A stretch of DNA of 64,000 nt from Octopus sinensis. Lineage: Eukaryota. The DNA lies in the NCBI RefSeq assembly GCF_006345805.1, contig NC_043000.1, positions 14,446,001 to 14,510,000 on the forward strand, written 5' to 3'. The notes under the pieces were generated by a model that did no database searches, was not told where the DNA came from, and saw only the letters and a list, made by a program, of their open reading frames with translations. Position numbers and translations under genes: made by a program. Shown here one piece after another: positions 1-12,583 of the stretch; the first letter of the stretch is position 1, and every line of letters starts with the position of its first letter.

Positions 1-317
1 TATTTCTGAGCGCTTGATACTTGTGCAAGAGTATTTTCTAAATGATTTAACCCTTTGTCGTCCCTGGGTATCACAAGAGATTCTCAGAACAGACAAATAT
101 ACTGACCAGCTCAAAAACAATTCCAGCATTAAAAGAACAAAAGCGATGAATTAGCTACGAACTATTGGTTTGATGGCGAGGTTACACTTTCTTTCAAGAC
201 ATATTACCCTGGTGTCTATGCATCATATGTGAAACACATTCCCAATTTTTTTCCGACCATTAGTGTGATTTGCAATTTATAAAAGAAATGCTTTATGTTA
301 TTCAGAACGTATGAAAC

Positions 318-637
318 TTTAATTGGCGCTCCGTCGCTTTCGACGACGAGGGTTCCAGTTGATCCGGTCAACGGAACAGATTGCCCATGAAATTAACGTG
401 CATGTGGCTGATTACTCCATAGCCACGTATACCCTTAACGTTGTTCTTAGGGAGACTCTGCGTGAAAAAGAGTGTGACAAAGCAGGCCCTTTGAAATACA
501 GGCACTACTCAGTGGAGTGGACTGGAGCAATGTGAAATAAAGTGCTTTGCTCAAGGACACAACACATCGCCAGGAATTGAACTCATAACCTTATGGTCGC
601 GAGTCGAATACTCTAACCACTAAGCCACGCGCCACTT
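318..637 (-). mobile_element. tRNA-derived SINE (group D, head 2 + tail 2)
   Basis: Minus strand begins GGCGCGTGGCTTAGTGGTTAGAG...GAGTTCAATTCC (pol III A/B boxes); 11-bp TSD acgtatgaaac at 307-317 and 638-648; tail shared with 33543 copy. Confidence 0.85.
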
Positions 638-739
638 ACGTATGAAACAAGGATTAACTAAAAGTCTGAAAAGAAGCATGGACGTTTACAACAAACTTAT
701 AAAAATGCTTTGGACGGGCAAAGGGTTTATGATTGTATC

Positions 740-1123
740 TGTAGAGAAAATACAACCGTACGTAAGGAGTTGGTGACAGAAACTGACTGAGTCGCTCTGT
801 GGTCAGAGGTTAGTCCTGAGAAGGACTGGAACCTAAAACGGTGTTGCTGGAACATGGTTGAGTAGCTCTATGGTCAGAGGTTAGCCCTGAGAAGGACTAG
901 AACCAAAGACGAGATATCATGAATGCTGGGGCCTTTTTATAACCTGAGGTGGGCTCCAGTGAATACCCCAAAAAGACTGTGTCACGGGACCTTATCCGAA
1001 GGCCGTGATTGGTTGGCTTACACACTGGCGCGAAATAAGTCGAGACAAACTGCGCCAATGTCAACCAATCAGAGCAGTGGACACAACAGGGTCAAAATAG
1101 CCGAAGATGGTTGCTATCTAACA
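740..1123 (-). mobile_element. possible solo LTR
   Basis: Minus strand starts TGTTAG, has CCAAT-type boxes, TATAAAAA and a ~70-bp internal duplication (797-910), ends ...CTACA; no TSD found, left boundary uncertain. Confidence 0.35.
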
Positions 1124-1522
1124 CGAGATCATTTCTAATATATCTCTCAAACAGTGAGGATATCAGCTACGCTACATATCCATTTGAATTGCATAAGCAA
1201 GGCCTGTCGATATACTGACAAGCTCAGAAACAATGCCAGCATTAAAAGAACAAGAGCGTTGAATTAGCTACGAACTACTGGCTTGATGGCGAGGTTACTC
1301 TTTCCCTGATGATCTCTAATAAATGTAAACAATCTGAACAGAATTGTGTACAGAAATTGCTGAAAGACAATAAACTGTAGACCTTAACTAAGAGAAATGG
1401 AGATATAAAGTCCAGACCAGTGGTTCTCAACCATTTTTCACCTATGGACTATTTTGATTTTTATTTTTGCTCTTCATAGCCATTCAGTGTACACAAAAAA
1501 AATTCTGCTGTATTTTTATAAT

Positions 1523-1826
1523 TACGAGGGTGAGTCAAAAAGTAATACCTTTTTGTTTAGGACAGGTATAATTACCAACACAGGAACATGTATCATACAT
1601 CAAAATGAAGCTGGTCCTCTGTGGATCACACCCCTACTCCTCAACATAGTCACCATTTCTCTCAATAGCAATGTTGCACCTTCGAATGAAAGCATGTATC
1701 CCTGCCCCATAAAATTCTATTGACTGTACTTTGAGCCACTTCTTCAATACAGTTTTCACTTTCTCATCCCTGGAATAATGTTTGCCTCTCAAATCCTCTT
1801 TCATGGGGCCGAAAAGATGATAGTCC
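1523..1826 (-). mobile_element. mariner transposon 3' end
   Basis: TA + TIR CGAGGGTGAGTCAAAAAGT; peptide DYHLFGPMKEDLRGKHY...EFYGAGIHAFIRR...NGDYVEE is a mariner transposase C-terminus. Confidence 0.85.
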
Positions 1827-1844
1827 AATATATATATATGTGTG

Positions 1845-2250
1845 TGTGTGTATGCGTTTGTGTGTCTGTGTTTGTCCCCCCACCCCACCAACATCGCTTG
1901 ACAGCCGATGGTGGTGTGTTTACGTCCCCGTAACTTAGCGGTTCGGCAAAAGAGACCGATAGAATAAATACTAGGCTTACAAAGAATAAGTCCTGGGGCC
2001 GATTTGTTCGACTAAAGGCGGTGCTCCAGCATGGCCGCAGTCAAATGACTGGAACAAGTAACAGAATAAAAATGAAAGAAATACATATACAACAGGCTTC
2101 TTGCAGTTTCCATCTACCAAATGCACTCACAAGGCTTTGGTCGGTCCGAGGCCAGAGCAGAAAATGCTTGCTGAAGGTGCCATGCGGTGGAACTGAACAG
2201 GGGACCACGTGGTTGGGAAGCAAGCGTCTTACTACACAGCCACGCCGGCG
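1845..2250. mobile_element. SINE group A fragments (3' half on +, 5' half on -)
   Basis: Both halves match the complete group A copies elsewhere in the window. Confidence 0.8.
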
Positions 2251-2855
2251 TATAAGTTTAATTTTAAATGCGCCTTGCATTTGAATTCTTACCAAAGTCT
2301 GAAATTTATTTGAAAGGCTAAATGAATTTTATCGTTCAATGGCATTATCAAAGAAAGTGAAATGAAATAGATATCAATATCAAATCTTGGATCGATTTTC
2401 AAAATTTTTGCATCATGGCGGTGCCCCAGCATGGCCACAGCTCGTGAGCTGAAACTAGATAAATTAAAATAAAATAAAAATACAACACTCCCCACCTTCG
2501 TCATCACCAAAGATTCAGGTCAAGAGATTTTTTTCAGCTAGAATGCAAGGGAAATAACTCTCGAATGGATTTAGAATTTGTATTATCTCCCCTGCAATTT
2601 ATTTCTTGTTTCTAGACAAGGCCTTCATTATCCCGGTGGCAACTACACATCACCGGCCAAAAATCTTCTGTTAAAGCCTTATGTTGATTAAAATGATGAC
2701 TGCAGAAGCTGGTCGTTTGTATATATATATACACACACTAATAAGATAAATACTGCAGTCGATTGATTCGACTAAAATTCTTTAAGGCAGTTGCTGCAGC
2801 ATGGCCGCAGACTAACGACTGAAACATGTGGAGGATAATACACACACACACACAC

Positions 2856-2888
<33 letters not shown>

Positions 2889-2891
2889 ATA

Positions 2892-2933
<42 letters not shown>

Positions 2934-2935
2934 AT

Positions 2936-4118
2936 ATAGTTTTTGTATGTGGCAGATGCTCGGGAGCATTAACCTACGAAAATCTGCAGAAAGCAACTTC
3001 CGTCACTTTCCAGGGGGAAAACTAGAAGTAGTTGATAGCTTCCGTTATCTAGGTGACCAAGTCAGTAGTGGGGGTGGGTGCTCTGAAAGTGTAACTACTA
3101 GAATAAGAATAGCCTGGGCAAAGTTTAGGGAGCTCTTACCTCTGCTGGTGACTAAAGGCCTCTCGCTCAGAGTAAAAGGCAGACTGTATGATGCATGTGT
3201 ACAAACAGCCATGCTACATGGCAGTGAAACATGGGCCATGACTGCTGAGGACATGCGTAAGCTCGTGAGGAATGAAGCCAGTATGCTCCAATGGATGTGT
3301 AATGTCAGTGTACATACTCGACAGAGCGTTAGTACCGTGAGAGAAATGTTGTACCTAAGAAGCATCAGTTGTGGTGTGTAAGAGAGAGACGATTGCGTTG
3401 GTATGGTCATGTGGCGAGAATGGATGAAGATAGGTGTTTGTGAGAAAGTGCCAATCCCTAGCAGTTGAGGGAACCCGTGGAAGAGGTAGACCCAGGAAAA
3501 CCTGGGACGAGGTGGTGAAGCACGACCTTTGAACTTTAGGCCTCACTGAGGAAATGACCAGCGACCAAGACCTTTGGAAATATGCTGTACGTGAGAAGAC
3601 CAGGCAGGACAAGTGAGCCCAGCCCACTTATGAATGCCTTTCCTCCCTTGGACACAAAGACCTGTTGAGGCAAGCGAAGTCGATATAGAACCTCATCCGA
3701 CGACAGGCACCCATGCCAACCCCCTTTGCTTGCGAAGACATGTTGGGGCAAGCGAAAGCGAAATCGAAATCGAATTGAACCAGCCAGGATCCCTGGTCTG
3801 ATGGTACGTAAAAAGCACTATCCGACTTGTGGCCGATGACAGCGCCGCCTCGACTGGCTTCCGTGCCGGTGGCACATAAAATACACCAATCCAACCGTTG
3901 CCAGCCTCGCCTGGCACCTATGCAGGTGGCACGTAAAATGCACCCACTACACTCATGGAGTGGTTGGCGTTAGGAAGGGCATCCAGCTGTAGAAACATTG
4001 CCTGATAAGACTGGAGCCTGGTGCAGCCTTCTGGCTTCCCAGATCCCCGGTCGAACCGTCCAACCCATGCTAGCATGGAGAACGGACGTTAAACGATGAT
4101 GATGATGATGATGATGAT
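2936..4118 (+). mobile_element. 5'-truncated RTE-clade LINE (RT C-terminal part, 3' UTR, (GAT)n tail)
   Basis: LEVVDSFRYLG, RIRIAWAKFREL, MLHGSETW, RLRWYGHVARM, GRGRPRKTW motifs; stops and frameshifts; tail GGACGTTAAAC(GAT)n. Confidence 0.92.
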
Positions 4119-4343
4119 ATATATATGTATGTATATATATATATTTATGTATATAATATATATATATACATATACATTATATACATATTATATACATAAT
4201 ATATATATATATATATTATATATATAATATATATACATCTCTCTCTCTCTCCATATATATATATATATAATATATAAATTATTATATATATATATATATA
4301 ATATATATATAATATACACATATATATACATACATATAGTATA

Positions 4344-5677
4344 GGCAGAGCTGCCTGACCCAGCTTTTACAACATTATGACTGGGTGTTGAGGCAGTTAC
4401 TCAACAAATCAAATGTGGACGTAATCTACTTTGATTTTGCAAAAGCTTTTGACAAGGTGGATCATGGTATGATATGCCACAAACTGCGTGACCTCGGCAT
4501 AGCTGGAAAACTTGGAGTGTGGTTACATGACTTCCTGAAAGATAGGAGTCAGGCAGTAGTGGTTAATGGAGCCACCTGTATGAACACACAAATAGTGAGT
4601 GGTGTTCCACAGGGCACTGACTTGGGACCATTGCTTTTTATAGTGGCCCTCTCAGATATGCCCTCAAATGCCTGGATAGCCACTCTGGCCAGCTACACAG
4701 ACGGTATGAAAGTCTCGCAGAAAATACAGAACCCCAGCGATATTGCACACCTGCAGCAGGAGTTGGACTCAATCTACAGATGGGCTGAGGATAATAATAT
4801 GCAGTTTAATGCTGAAAAATTCCAGGCCCTGTGCTACTAGCATCCAAAACTGAATATTAAACTTACAGGATACACCGGTCCACAGGGAATTTCAATCCTA
4901 GAGCCTAAGTCTGTGAGGGACCTGTGTATCGACATGAGTGATGATACCTCTTTCCAAGTGCACATTGCCAGGATGGCGACAAAGTGCAGATGACTGGCTG
5001 GGTGGATCCTAAGAACATTCAGAACCAGAGATAAGGAAACCATGAAGGTCCTCTGGTGGACATTCGTCCTCAGCCGCTTGGATTACTGTTCACAGCTATG
5101 GTCACCCACCAGTGTAAAATTAACAGCGGACCTTGAAGCAATCCAGAGAAGATTCACAAAGAAGATCGTCTCTTTGCAACAGCTCAGCTACTGGGATAGG
5201 TTGAAACAGCTAAGACTCTACTCCCTGGAGAGAAGACGGGAGAGGTATGCAGTAATATATGTCTGGAAGATCCTGGAAGAAATTGTGCCAAATTTTGGCA
5301 TTGTAAGCTACACCAATGCTAGAACAGGACGACACTGTATAGTGCCAAAGATCCCAGCAATGCCATCACGCTTCAGGACCAGCTTCTGCAACAGCCTGGG
5401 TTTCAAGGGCCCACAGCTTTTTAATATTCTCCCAAAGAGTCTGAGGAACTTGCACAAAGTAGATGTAGCGGTTTTTAAATCAAAGCTGGACATCTTCCTG
5501 TCAAGAGTCCCAGATGAACCTACCTCACTGCAAGAGGTGCAAATGAGAGTAGCTATATCAAACTCCATTCTTCACCAAGTGCCACATATTAGACAAGGTT
5601 CTTCCCAATAACAGTGTAGCACAAAACGGCGGTGCATCAGCATGGCCGCAGCTCTGAGCTGAAACCAGAGAAGAAAA

Positions 5678-5681
<4 letters not shown>
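4344..5681 (+). mobile_element. 5'-truncated CR1-clade LINE (degenerate reverse transcriptase)
   Basis: DVIYFDFAKAFDKVDH, SGVPQGTDLGPLLF, YTDG (decayed YADD), LDYCSQLWSP, LYSLERRRER; in-frame stops; hairpin tail at 5628-5665. Confidence 0.92.
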
Positions 5682-5716
<35 letters not shown>

Positions 5717-5722
5717 GTATAT

Positions 5723-5754
<32 letters not shown>

Positions 5755-6008
5755 GTATGTATGTATATATATTATATATTATATACAATTAGAGGTTGTG
5801 TTAGCCTCATGAAGAGATGGTTTCCAAGAAAATATTGGTTCAATACCTACTATTTTGAGGGAATTAATTTCCTTAAAATAATAGGTATATATTTAAAAAC
5901 ATATAGTTTATATTCATATAAAAGAAGAAAAAGAAACTGGAGTTAATAGTTGTTCATTAATGGCAAAAAAGTTAAGATGATTAATTTACTGTTAATAATA
6001 AACAATTA

Positions 6009-6041
<33 letters not shown>

Positions 6042-6072
6042 ATGTATATATGTGTATATATATATACATATG

Positions 6073-6111
<39 letters not shown>

Positions 6112-6389
6112 CACATATATACATACATATATGCATACACATATATACATACATATATGCATACATGGAAGCATACATATACATATACATACATACGTAC
6201 ATTGTGGTTGTTAACTTATTAGATGACTAAGACTTACTGACAAATTATCTTATTTCTGGGGTGGTGGGTGTACTTTTTTCGTGACCATGTAACTTTTCAC
6301 TGTCTTTAAAGCCAGCCGCTGACTTGCATTTCTGTTGCAGATGTACCGTTTATATTCTTGTATTGCAATCGGGTGCTCATTCTAATCAA

Positions 6390-6798
6390 TACCCTGGACC
6401 TGGCAGACACCCATAAAATTATCAACCATCGCACAAACAATAACTCTGAGCACCTCTTCAAACTCCACCCATCTAACACCCGTGGACATATTTACAAAGT
6501 AAGAAAACAGCACAGCTCCCATGACTTCAGGAAACATTTTTTCACGCTGAGAGTTGCTGAAGCGTGGAACAAACTGCCGGCATCGGTTGTTAGTTGTCGG
6601 AGCACTGCATCCTTCAAGACTTCCATGCTTCCTGAGATTCGCCAACACTACACTTGATTTTCTCCCCTCCATACACACACAAGCATGTTCACTTTCCAGA
6701 CATTTCTACATTACTGCATGTACTTTATATGCACTTTCTGACAAGTTGTGTGCACCTGAGCACTGTATACAATAATTTCATTATTATTATTATTATTA
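6390..6798 (+). mobile_element. CR1-clade LINE 3' end (second family)
   Basis: TRGHIYKVRK...RKHFFTLRVAEAWNKLPASVV...FK C-terminal motif; 3' UTR ends in (ATT)n. Confidence 0.85.
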
Positions 6799-6847
6799 TG
6801 TACTTTTATATACCGTATGAGTCCAGATCATCTGGAAAATTGCCTAC

Positions 6848-7120
6848 CATACATACATACATTATGGCTGCCCCCTCGTTATCGAGTATGGCCATTTCAC
6901 ATAGCTTAACTGTTACTGGTGCTGTGATCGAATGTGACTTTTTAGCCCAGCTAAAGATCTACAATGTCTTGTACAGAATTGGCAACTAAAACCTTTACCG
7001 GTAATAGCCGGCTGTAGTTGTAACTGGGCTTCATGTACCTTTGCATGTCGTTTAAGTTCTCCTGTCGAATTACACTCTCTTCCACATGCCCGACAGATAT
7101 GATTAGTATGGTATGTTACA
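6848..7120 (-). mobile_element. RTE-like LINE 3' end with two C2H2 fingers
   Basis: CRACGRECNSTGELKRHAKVH and CQFCTRHCRSLAGLKSHIRSQH, then short UTR with CTCG-ATAA-CGAG hairpin and (TATG)n tail. Confidence 0.65.
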
Positions 7121-7433
7121 CACACATACATACATACATACATACATTCATACATACATACATACATACATACATACATACATACATACATACATACATA
7201 CACGCATACGCACATACATACATACATACATACATACACACATACATTCATACATACATACACACATACATTCATACATACATACATACATTCATACATA
7301 CATACATACACACATACATACACACACATACATTCATACATACATACATACATTCATACATACATACATACATACATACATACATTCATACATACATACA
7401 TACATACACACACATACATTCATACATACATAT

Positions 7434-7464
<31 letters not shown>

Positions 7465-7570
7465 TACATACATACATACATACATACATACACACATACA
7501 TACATATATACATACATACATACATACATACATACATACATACATACATACATACATACATACATACAAA
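7118..7570. repeat. (TACA)n microsatellite
   Basis: Directly visible, about 450 bp. Confidence 0.98.
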
Positions 7571-7574
7571 CAAA

Positions 7575-7842
7575 CAAAACTTTCCAGAAAGTTTATCATT
7601 TACATATATATAAGCATGTCCAGATATGCAAGTATTTGCTTGAGAAGACAAACATAAAACAAAACATACAAATCTACACATATACATAGAGACGAAAATT
7701 CCCTTTGATATTCATTGAAATTCCAATGAAAGAACATTGGATCTAGGCTAGAAACTGGGTCTTTCTCGATAGGCAAGAAACCTTGAAATAAAACTGAATA
7801 ACGACATACATACATACATACATACATACATACATACATACA

Positions 7843-7873
<31 letters not shown>

Positions 7874-8056
7874 GCGCACATACACACACACACACAAGTG
7901 CATACAAACATCTCCTCTGATGGGACATATACATTCCAACACATAGGTGCAAGCATAAATAGTTACACACATACACACACACACAAACATATATATACAT
8001 GTCCTCGCATGTATCTAAATACTTGTTACTGTCTTCACTTAAAAAGAAAGTCATGT
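7575..8056. repeat. unclassified interspersed repeat, copy 1
   Basis: Colinear with 26345-26781 (aaaactttccagaa...gaaattccaatgaa...ggcaagaaa..ttgaaataaaact). Confidence 0.7.
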
Positions 8057-8379
8057 AATTTTCATAGTGACCAACTTTTAATCTTTTAAGCTCCTCTTCT
8101 TAAGAGGAGGAGCTTAAATATATTCCAAGGAAAGTCATACAGAGTCATGTATTCACAGAACTTTCTAGTTGTACATCTCAAAAATACTTTCACATTGAAT
8201 ATATTCAATATTTTTGATTCAAGCATATTTGTACAACATTACAACCAAAATTTTGATCAAATCCAAAATATAGCACACCTGACTATCATCCAGGTAAATG
8301 GTTCTCTTTGGAGGATGAGCAGTGCTCCTCCCCTGAGGAAGCCTGTGAGGAGCTAAAAGAGGTAAACAAATTGCCATGT

Positions 8380-8607
8380 TTAACCCTTTTGTTTACAACC
8401 TGGCTGAAACCAGATCTGGATCTGAGTACAAATGTCAAGTTTTCCTAAGTTTTGAATTAAAATTTTCCACCAAACCTTAGTCACAATTTTTGTTCCTATC
8501 ACTAGCTGAATGATAACTAAGTTATTTTACTAAATTCTTTGTTATATTTAAAGTAATTGAAAGAAACACAGAGCATCTCAAAATGAATACAGTAACGAAA
8601 GGATTAA
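8380..8607. mobile_element. piggyBac-type MITE
   Basis: TTAA-CCCTTT...AAAGGA-TTAA; inverted second copy at 9469-10212. Confidence 0.8.
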
Positions 8608-9468
8608 TAATTTTTCATGTTTTTTAATTTTGGCTGAGACACTTGGACTCATAATGCCAGTTACCTGGTGTTTGTGACTGAGATTGCAATATTACCTTGG
8701 TCCATTGCTGGGTTCAGGCTGGCAATTTTGAGAGGAAGGGACAAATCTATTACATTAACCCTAGTACTAGACTGATGCCTAGTATTTTATTTTATCAACA
8801 TGAAAGGGATGAAAGGCAAAATTAACCTTGGCAGGATTTGAACCCAGATTATATGAAGTGTTGAAAGAAATGCCACTAGGCATTGATCTGGTTCTGCTAG
8901 CTCACTACCTTTTGATAAAATTTATATAGTTTTAAGCTTTTTAAACTTGTCTGGCACCTTGGCATCATCATCATTTAACATTCGTTGTCCATGCTGGCAT
9001 GGGTTACATGGTTTGAATGGAACAGGTAAGCTGGAGGGTTGCACCAGGTTCCAGTCTGATTTGGCATGGTTTCTATGGCTGGATGCCCTTCCTAACACCA
9101 TATACATACATATATATACATATATATATAGGAGAGTATTGTAGTTCGCTTGAAGCATTGTGTGTTGTTTGTAAAGAATAAAAAGTTTTGAATGGTACAA
9201 TAATGCACTATAATATAAACAATGGGTTATATACCTGTTGTAACTTAGTCATTCATAGTCTGATATGATATTTCAGAAGAAAAGCCATTGGAAAACCGAT
9301 TATAGCAGAATATCTGAATGTCTGAAGGAGGAATTTTATTCCAAAATATCATCAGACTATGGATGACCGAAGAGAAAAATATATGTCTTTAGTCAGTCCT
9401 TTTAGTCTTGTTTACGACACGACTCCTTTCATTTTAACCATTAAACAAAGGAAAACTAATTGACCTTC

Positions 9469-10212
9469 TTGACTCTTTTGCTACCATATTTATTTTGAGA
9501 TGCTCTGTGTTTCTTTCAATTACTTTAAATATAACCTCAGAGGCAATGATGAAAGGCCGAGACCTCTGGGAGATATGCTGTGACTGTGAAGACCCGACAA
9601 ATAACGTGAGTTCATGGCTGTTTCCTGCACCAGCTTCACATAGCAGCCCCAGCCCATCTAAAGTGCCTTGGATTGCAGGATGGCCTGCTGTGCTTACCTT
9701 GAATCATAGGGCAACCTGCTGTGCTTGAGGAGACCTATTGAGTCAAGTACATCAACATCAAAATAAAAATCAAATGGAAATTGCAGTTGTGATACCCGTG
9801 CCAGTGGCACATAAAAAGCACCATCCGATCGTGGTTGTTGCCAGCCTTCCTTGGCCCCTGTACCGGTGGTATGTAAAAAGCACCCACTACACTCACAGAG
9901 TGGTTGGCGTTACGAAGGGCATCCAACTGTAGAAATACTGCCAGATCAGACTGGAGCCTGGTGCAGCCTCCTGGCTTCCCAGACCCCGGTTGAACCATCC
10001 AACCCATGCTAGCATGGAAAACGGACATTAAACGATGATGATGATGACAACAAAGAATTTAGTAAAATAACTTAGTTATCATTCAGCTAGTGTTAGGAAC
10101 ATAAATTGTGACTAAGGTTTGGTGGAAGATTTTAATTAAAAACTTATGAAAACATGACATTTGTACTCAGAGTCAGAGCTGGTTTCCTCCGGGTTGGTAA
10201 TGAATGGGTTAA
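9469..10212. mobile_element. piggyBac-type MITE interrupted by an RTE 3' UTR insertion (9536-10046)
   Basis: Flanks are the reverse complement of 8380-8607 and end GGG-TTAA; insert ends in (GAT)n like the 4118 tail. Confidence 0.8.
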
Positions 10213-10586
10213 TCAAAGGAAGCTGTTGGGTGAGATGGTCTTCAAAATGGCTAGAGCCATCATTTAAAAACAACAGCTGTTCAACAAACTTCACTACTGA
10301 AGCAAAAGATACATATGTACTTCAAACAGGTATTGTTTCTTTTCTTCTTTCTTTTACCTGGCTTCTTTCTCTACTTTGATTAAGAATTCACCTTAAGCAT
10401 CAGCCTGCTTCTTTTCTTTTTACTTTTTTTTTTGGAATACAGTTCACTAACCACAACTTTTCTTGCTAACTTTTAGGTTGTGTATGTTCACATTTTGTCC
10501 ATCACCTTTTGAGATCTTCATTACTTGTTACTTCCCTTATTGTCTAATGGTCCATTTCTTATTCCCTTCATTCCATTTATTTGCTA

Positions 10587-11085
10587 CTAGCAGCATAGCC
10601 CGGCATTGCCCGGGTATGTAAGAGCCCCTGGAGCAGACATGATGCTCGCTGTGAATTTTTAAAAAATTCCTGCCAATTTGTGAAAGGTATTGTCGAAAAT
10701 ATGTCATCTTGAATTTGAACGCGATTTCCCAAAATGGCATGATTTTATCGATTTTTTCTGATGGTAAGGTATTGCATGGAAAACTAACGTCAGAATTAAG
10801 TTTCTTAGGGTAACATTAAGCTTCACCATGAGTTTGGTGAAAATCGATTGCAAGTCGCGAAAACTACAACAGAAAATGTGTTGCAAATAAAAAGCTTGTC
10901 GAATTTATCAATTTTTTTTAGAACTGGAGGAACTTTTCAAAATTTTCGCTGTGTTAGTTTTGAATTATGGCATTGGGCTATGTGCGTGTCAAGTTTCATC
11001 AGAATCGGTTGAAAGCCATGGTCAGGGTGAGGGTACAACCTGACAGACACACAGACAGACAAACTGCCGTTTATATAGAGAGAGA
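10587..11085 (-). mobile_element. non-autonomous Helitron (family 1)
   Basis: Minus strand A|TC...CTAG|T, subterminal hairpin CCCGG-GCAATG-CCGGG, (CTGT)n near the 5' end. Confidence 0.8.
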
Positions 11086-11883
11086 TTTCACTCACCAATC
11101 AGTAAAACATGGATAATACATCGACACAGGTGACTTCTGCCTGTATTTAGCACAGAATGTTATGGAGTCAAGACAAAATACATCTTTCACTGTGTGTATT
11201 ATGTTATATAGCACAATAAAAAAAGACAGTAAGTATAAGGTTGATAACATAAAGTTAATGTATGCGGGTTACATATGAATTTGAATCTCATCTGTCTGTC
11301 ACCATTAATTTTGTCTTTATTTTTTTATTTATTGCGTATTTATTTACAGTTTTCTTTAATTATATATTCTTAAAAAAAAGTCAAAAACATTAAATTAATT
11401 ATATATATTTTATATGTATATATATATGTGTGTGTATGTGTGTGTGTAAACCCTACAAAAGAAGAATGTGTGTGTGTGTGTATTCTTCTTTAATATGTTT
11501 GTGTAATTAGTACATTAAACATACACAGAAAGAAGGACTCAGATACTAATCATATGGTCCAAAATATATCTAATATTAATAGTGACTGCTTACGTCAAAG
11601 TTTTGCCATTAGAACTAACTTCTAAAAAACAATTCTAATGGTGAAACTTTGAAGTAATCACTACCAATATTAAATATTATTAATACATATGCATTTTTCT
11701 CATTCTTGCTTGTTCTTTTTTGCTTTTTCTTAGAGAGCAGTGATGTTTATTTTGAACCTAAAAAGGATTGCAGGTTAGCTCACAGAACACTTTATAAGAT
11801 CGTCTGATTAGCATACTCTCTGTGCATGAAACTTATTGTAGCTCATATTTAAATCCTGCATTTATCAAATGATATACATATAT

Positions 11884-12524
11884 AGGTGCAGGAGTGGCTG
11901 TGTGGTAAGAAGGCAGCGAGCTGGCAGAAAAGTTAGTACACCGGGTGAAATGCTTAGCGGCATTTCATCTGCCGTTACATTCTGAGTTCAAATTCTGCCA
12001 AAGTTGACTTTGCCTTTCATCCTTTCAGGGTCGATAAATTAAGTACCAGTTACACACTGGGGTCGATGTAATCGACTTAATACCTTTGTCTGTCCTTGTT
12101 TGTCCCCTCTATGTTTAGCCCCTTGTGGGTAATAAAGAAATAGGTATTTCGTTTGCCATTACGTTCTGAGTTCAAATTCCGCCGAGGTCGACTTTGCCTT
12201 TCATCCTTTAGGGGTCGATAAATTAAGTACCAGTTATGCACTGGGGTCGATGAAATCGACTTAATCCGTTTGTCTGACCTTGTTTGTCCCCTCTGTGTTT
12301 AGCCCCTTGTGGGTAGTAAAGAAATATATTTCTTGGGTAAGTGTCTTCTACTATAACCTCAGGCCAACCAAAGCCTTGTGAGTGGATTTGGTAGACAGAA
12401 ACTGAAAGAAGCCCGTCGTGTATATATATATATATATATACAGAAACAGCTGTAAGACCTATTTATAAATGTTCTAAAATCTACACAGCCTTGGTTTTTT
12501 TATCTCATTACGGAAAAAAAAAAG

Positions 12525-12583
<59 letters not shown>

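Noticed and set aside
1300-1340. Canonical CTGATGA (also at ~26842, ~38257 and on the minus strand at ~9349)
   Set aside because: No properly placed GAAA with closing stems I-III
6913-7120. Exon of a host C2H2 zinc-finger gene
   Set aside because: No TGEKP linker, and it is followed by a LINE-type hairpin and simple-repeat tail; better explained as a retrotransposon C-terminus
7033-7689. 218-aa HTYI-repeat ORF
   Set aside because: Translation of (TACA)n
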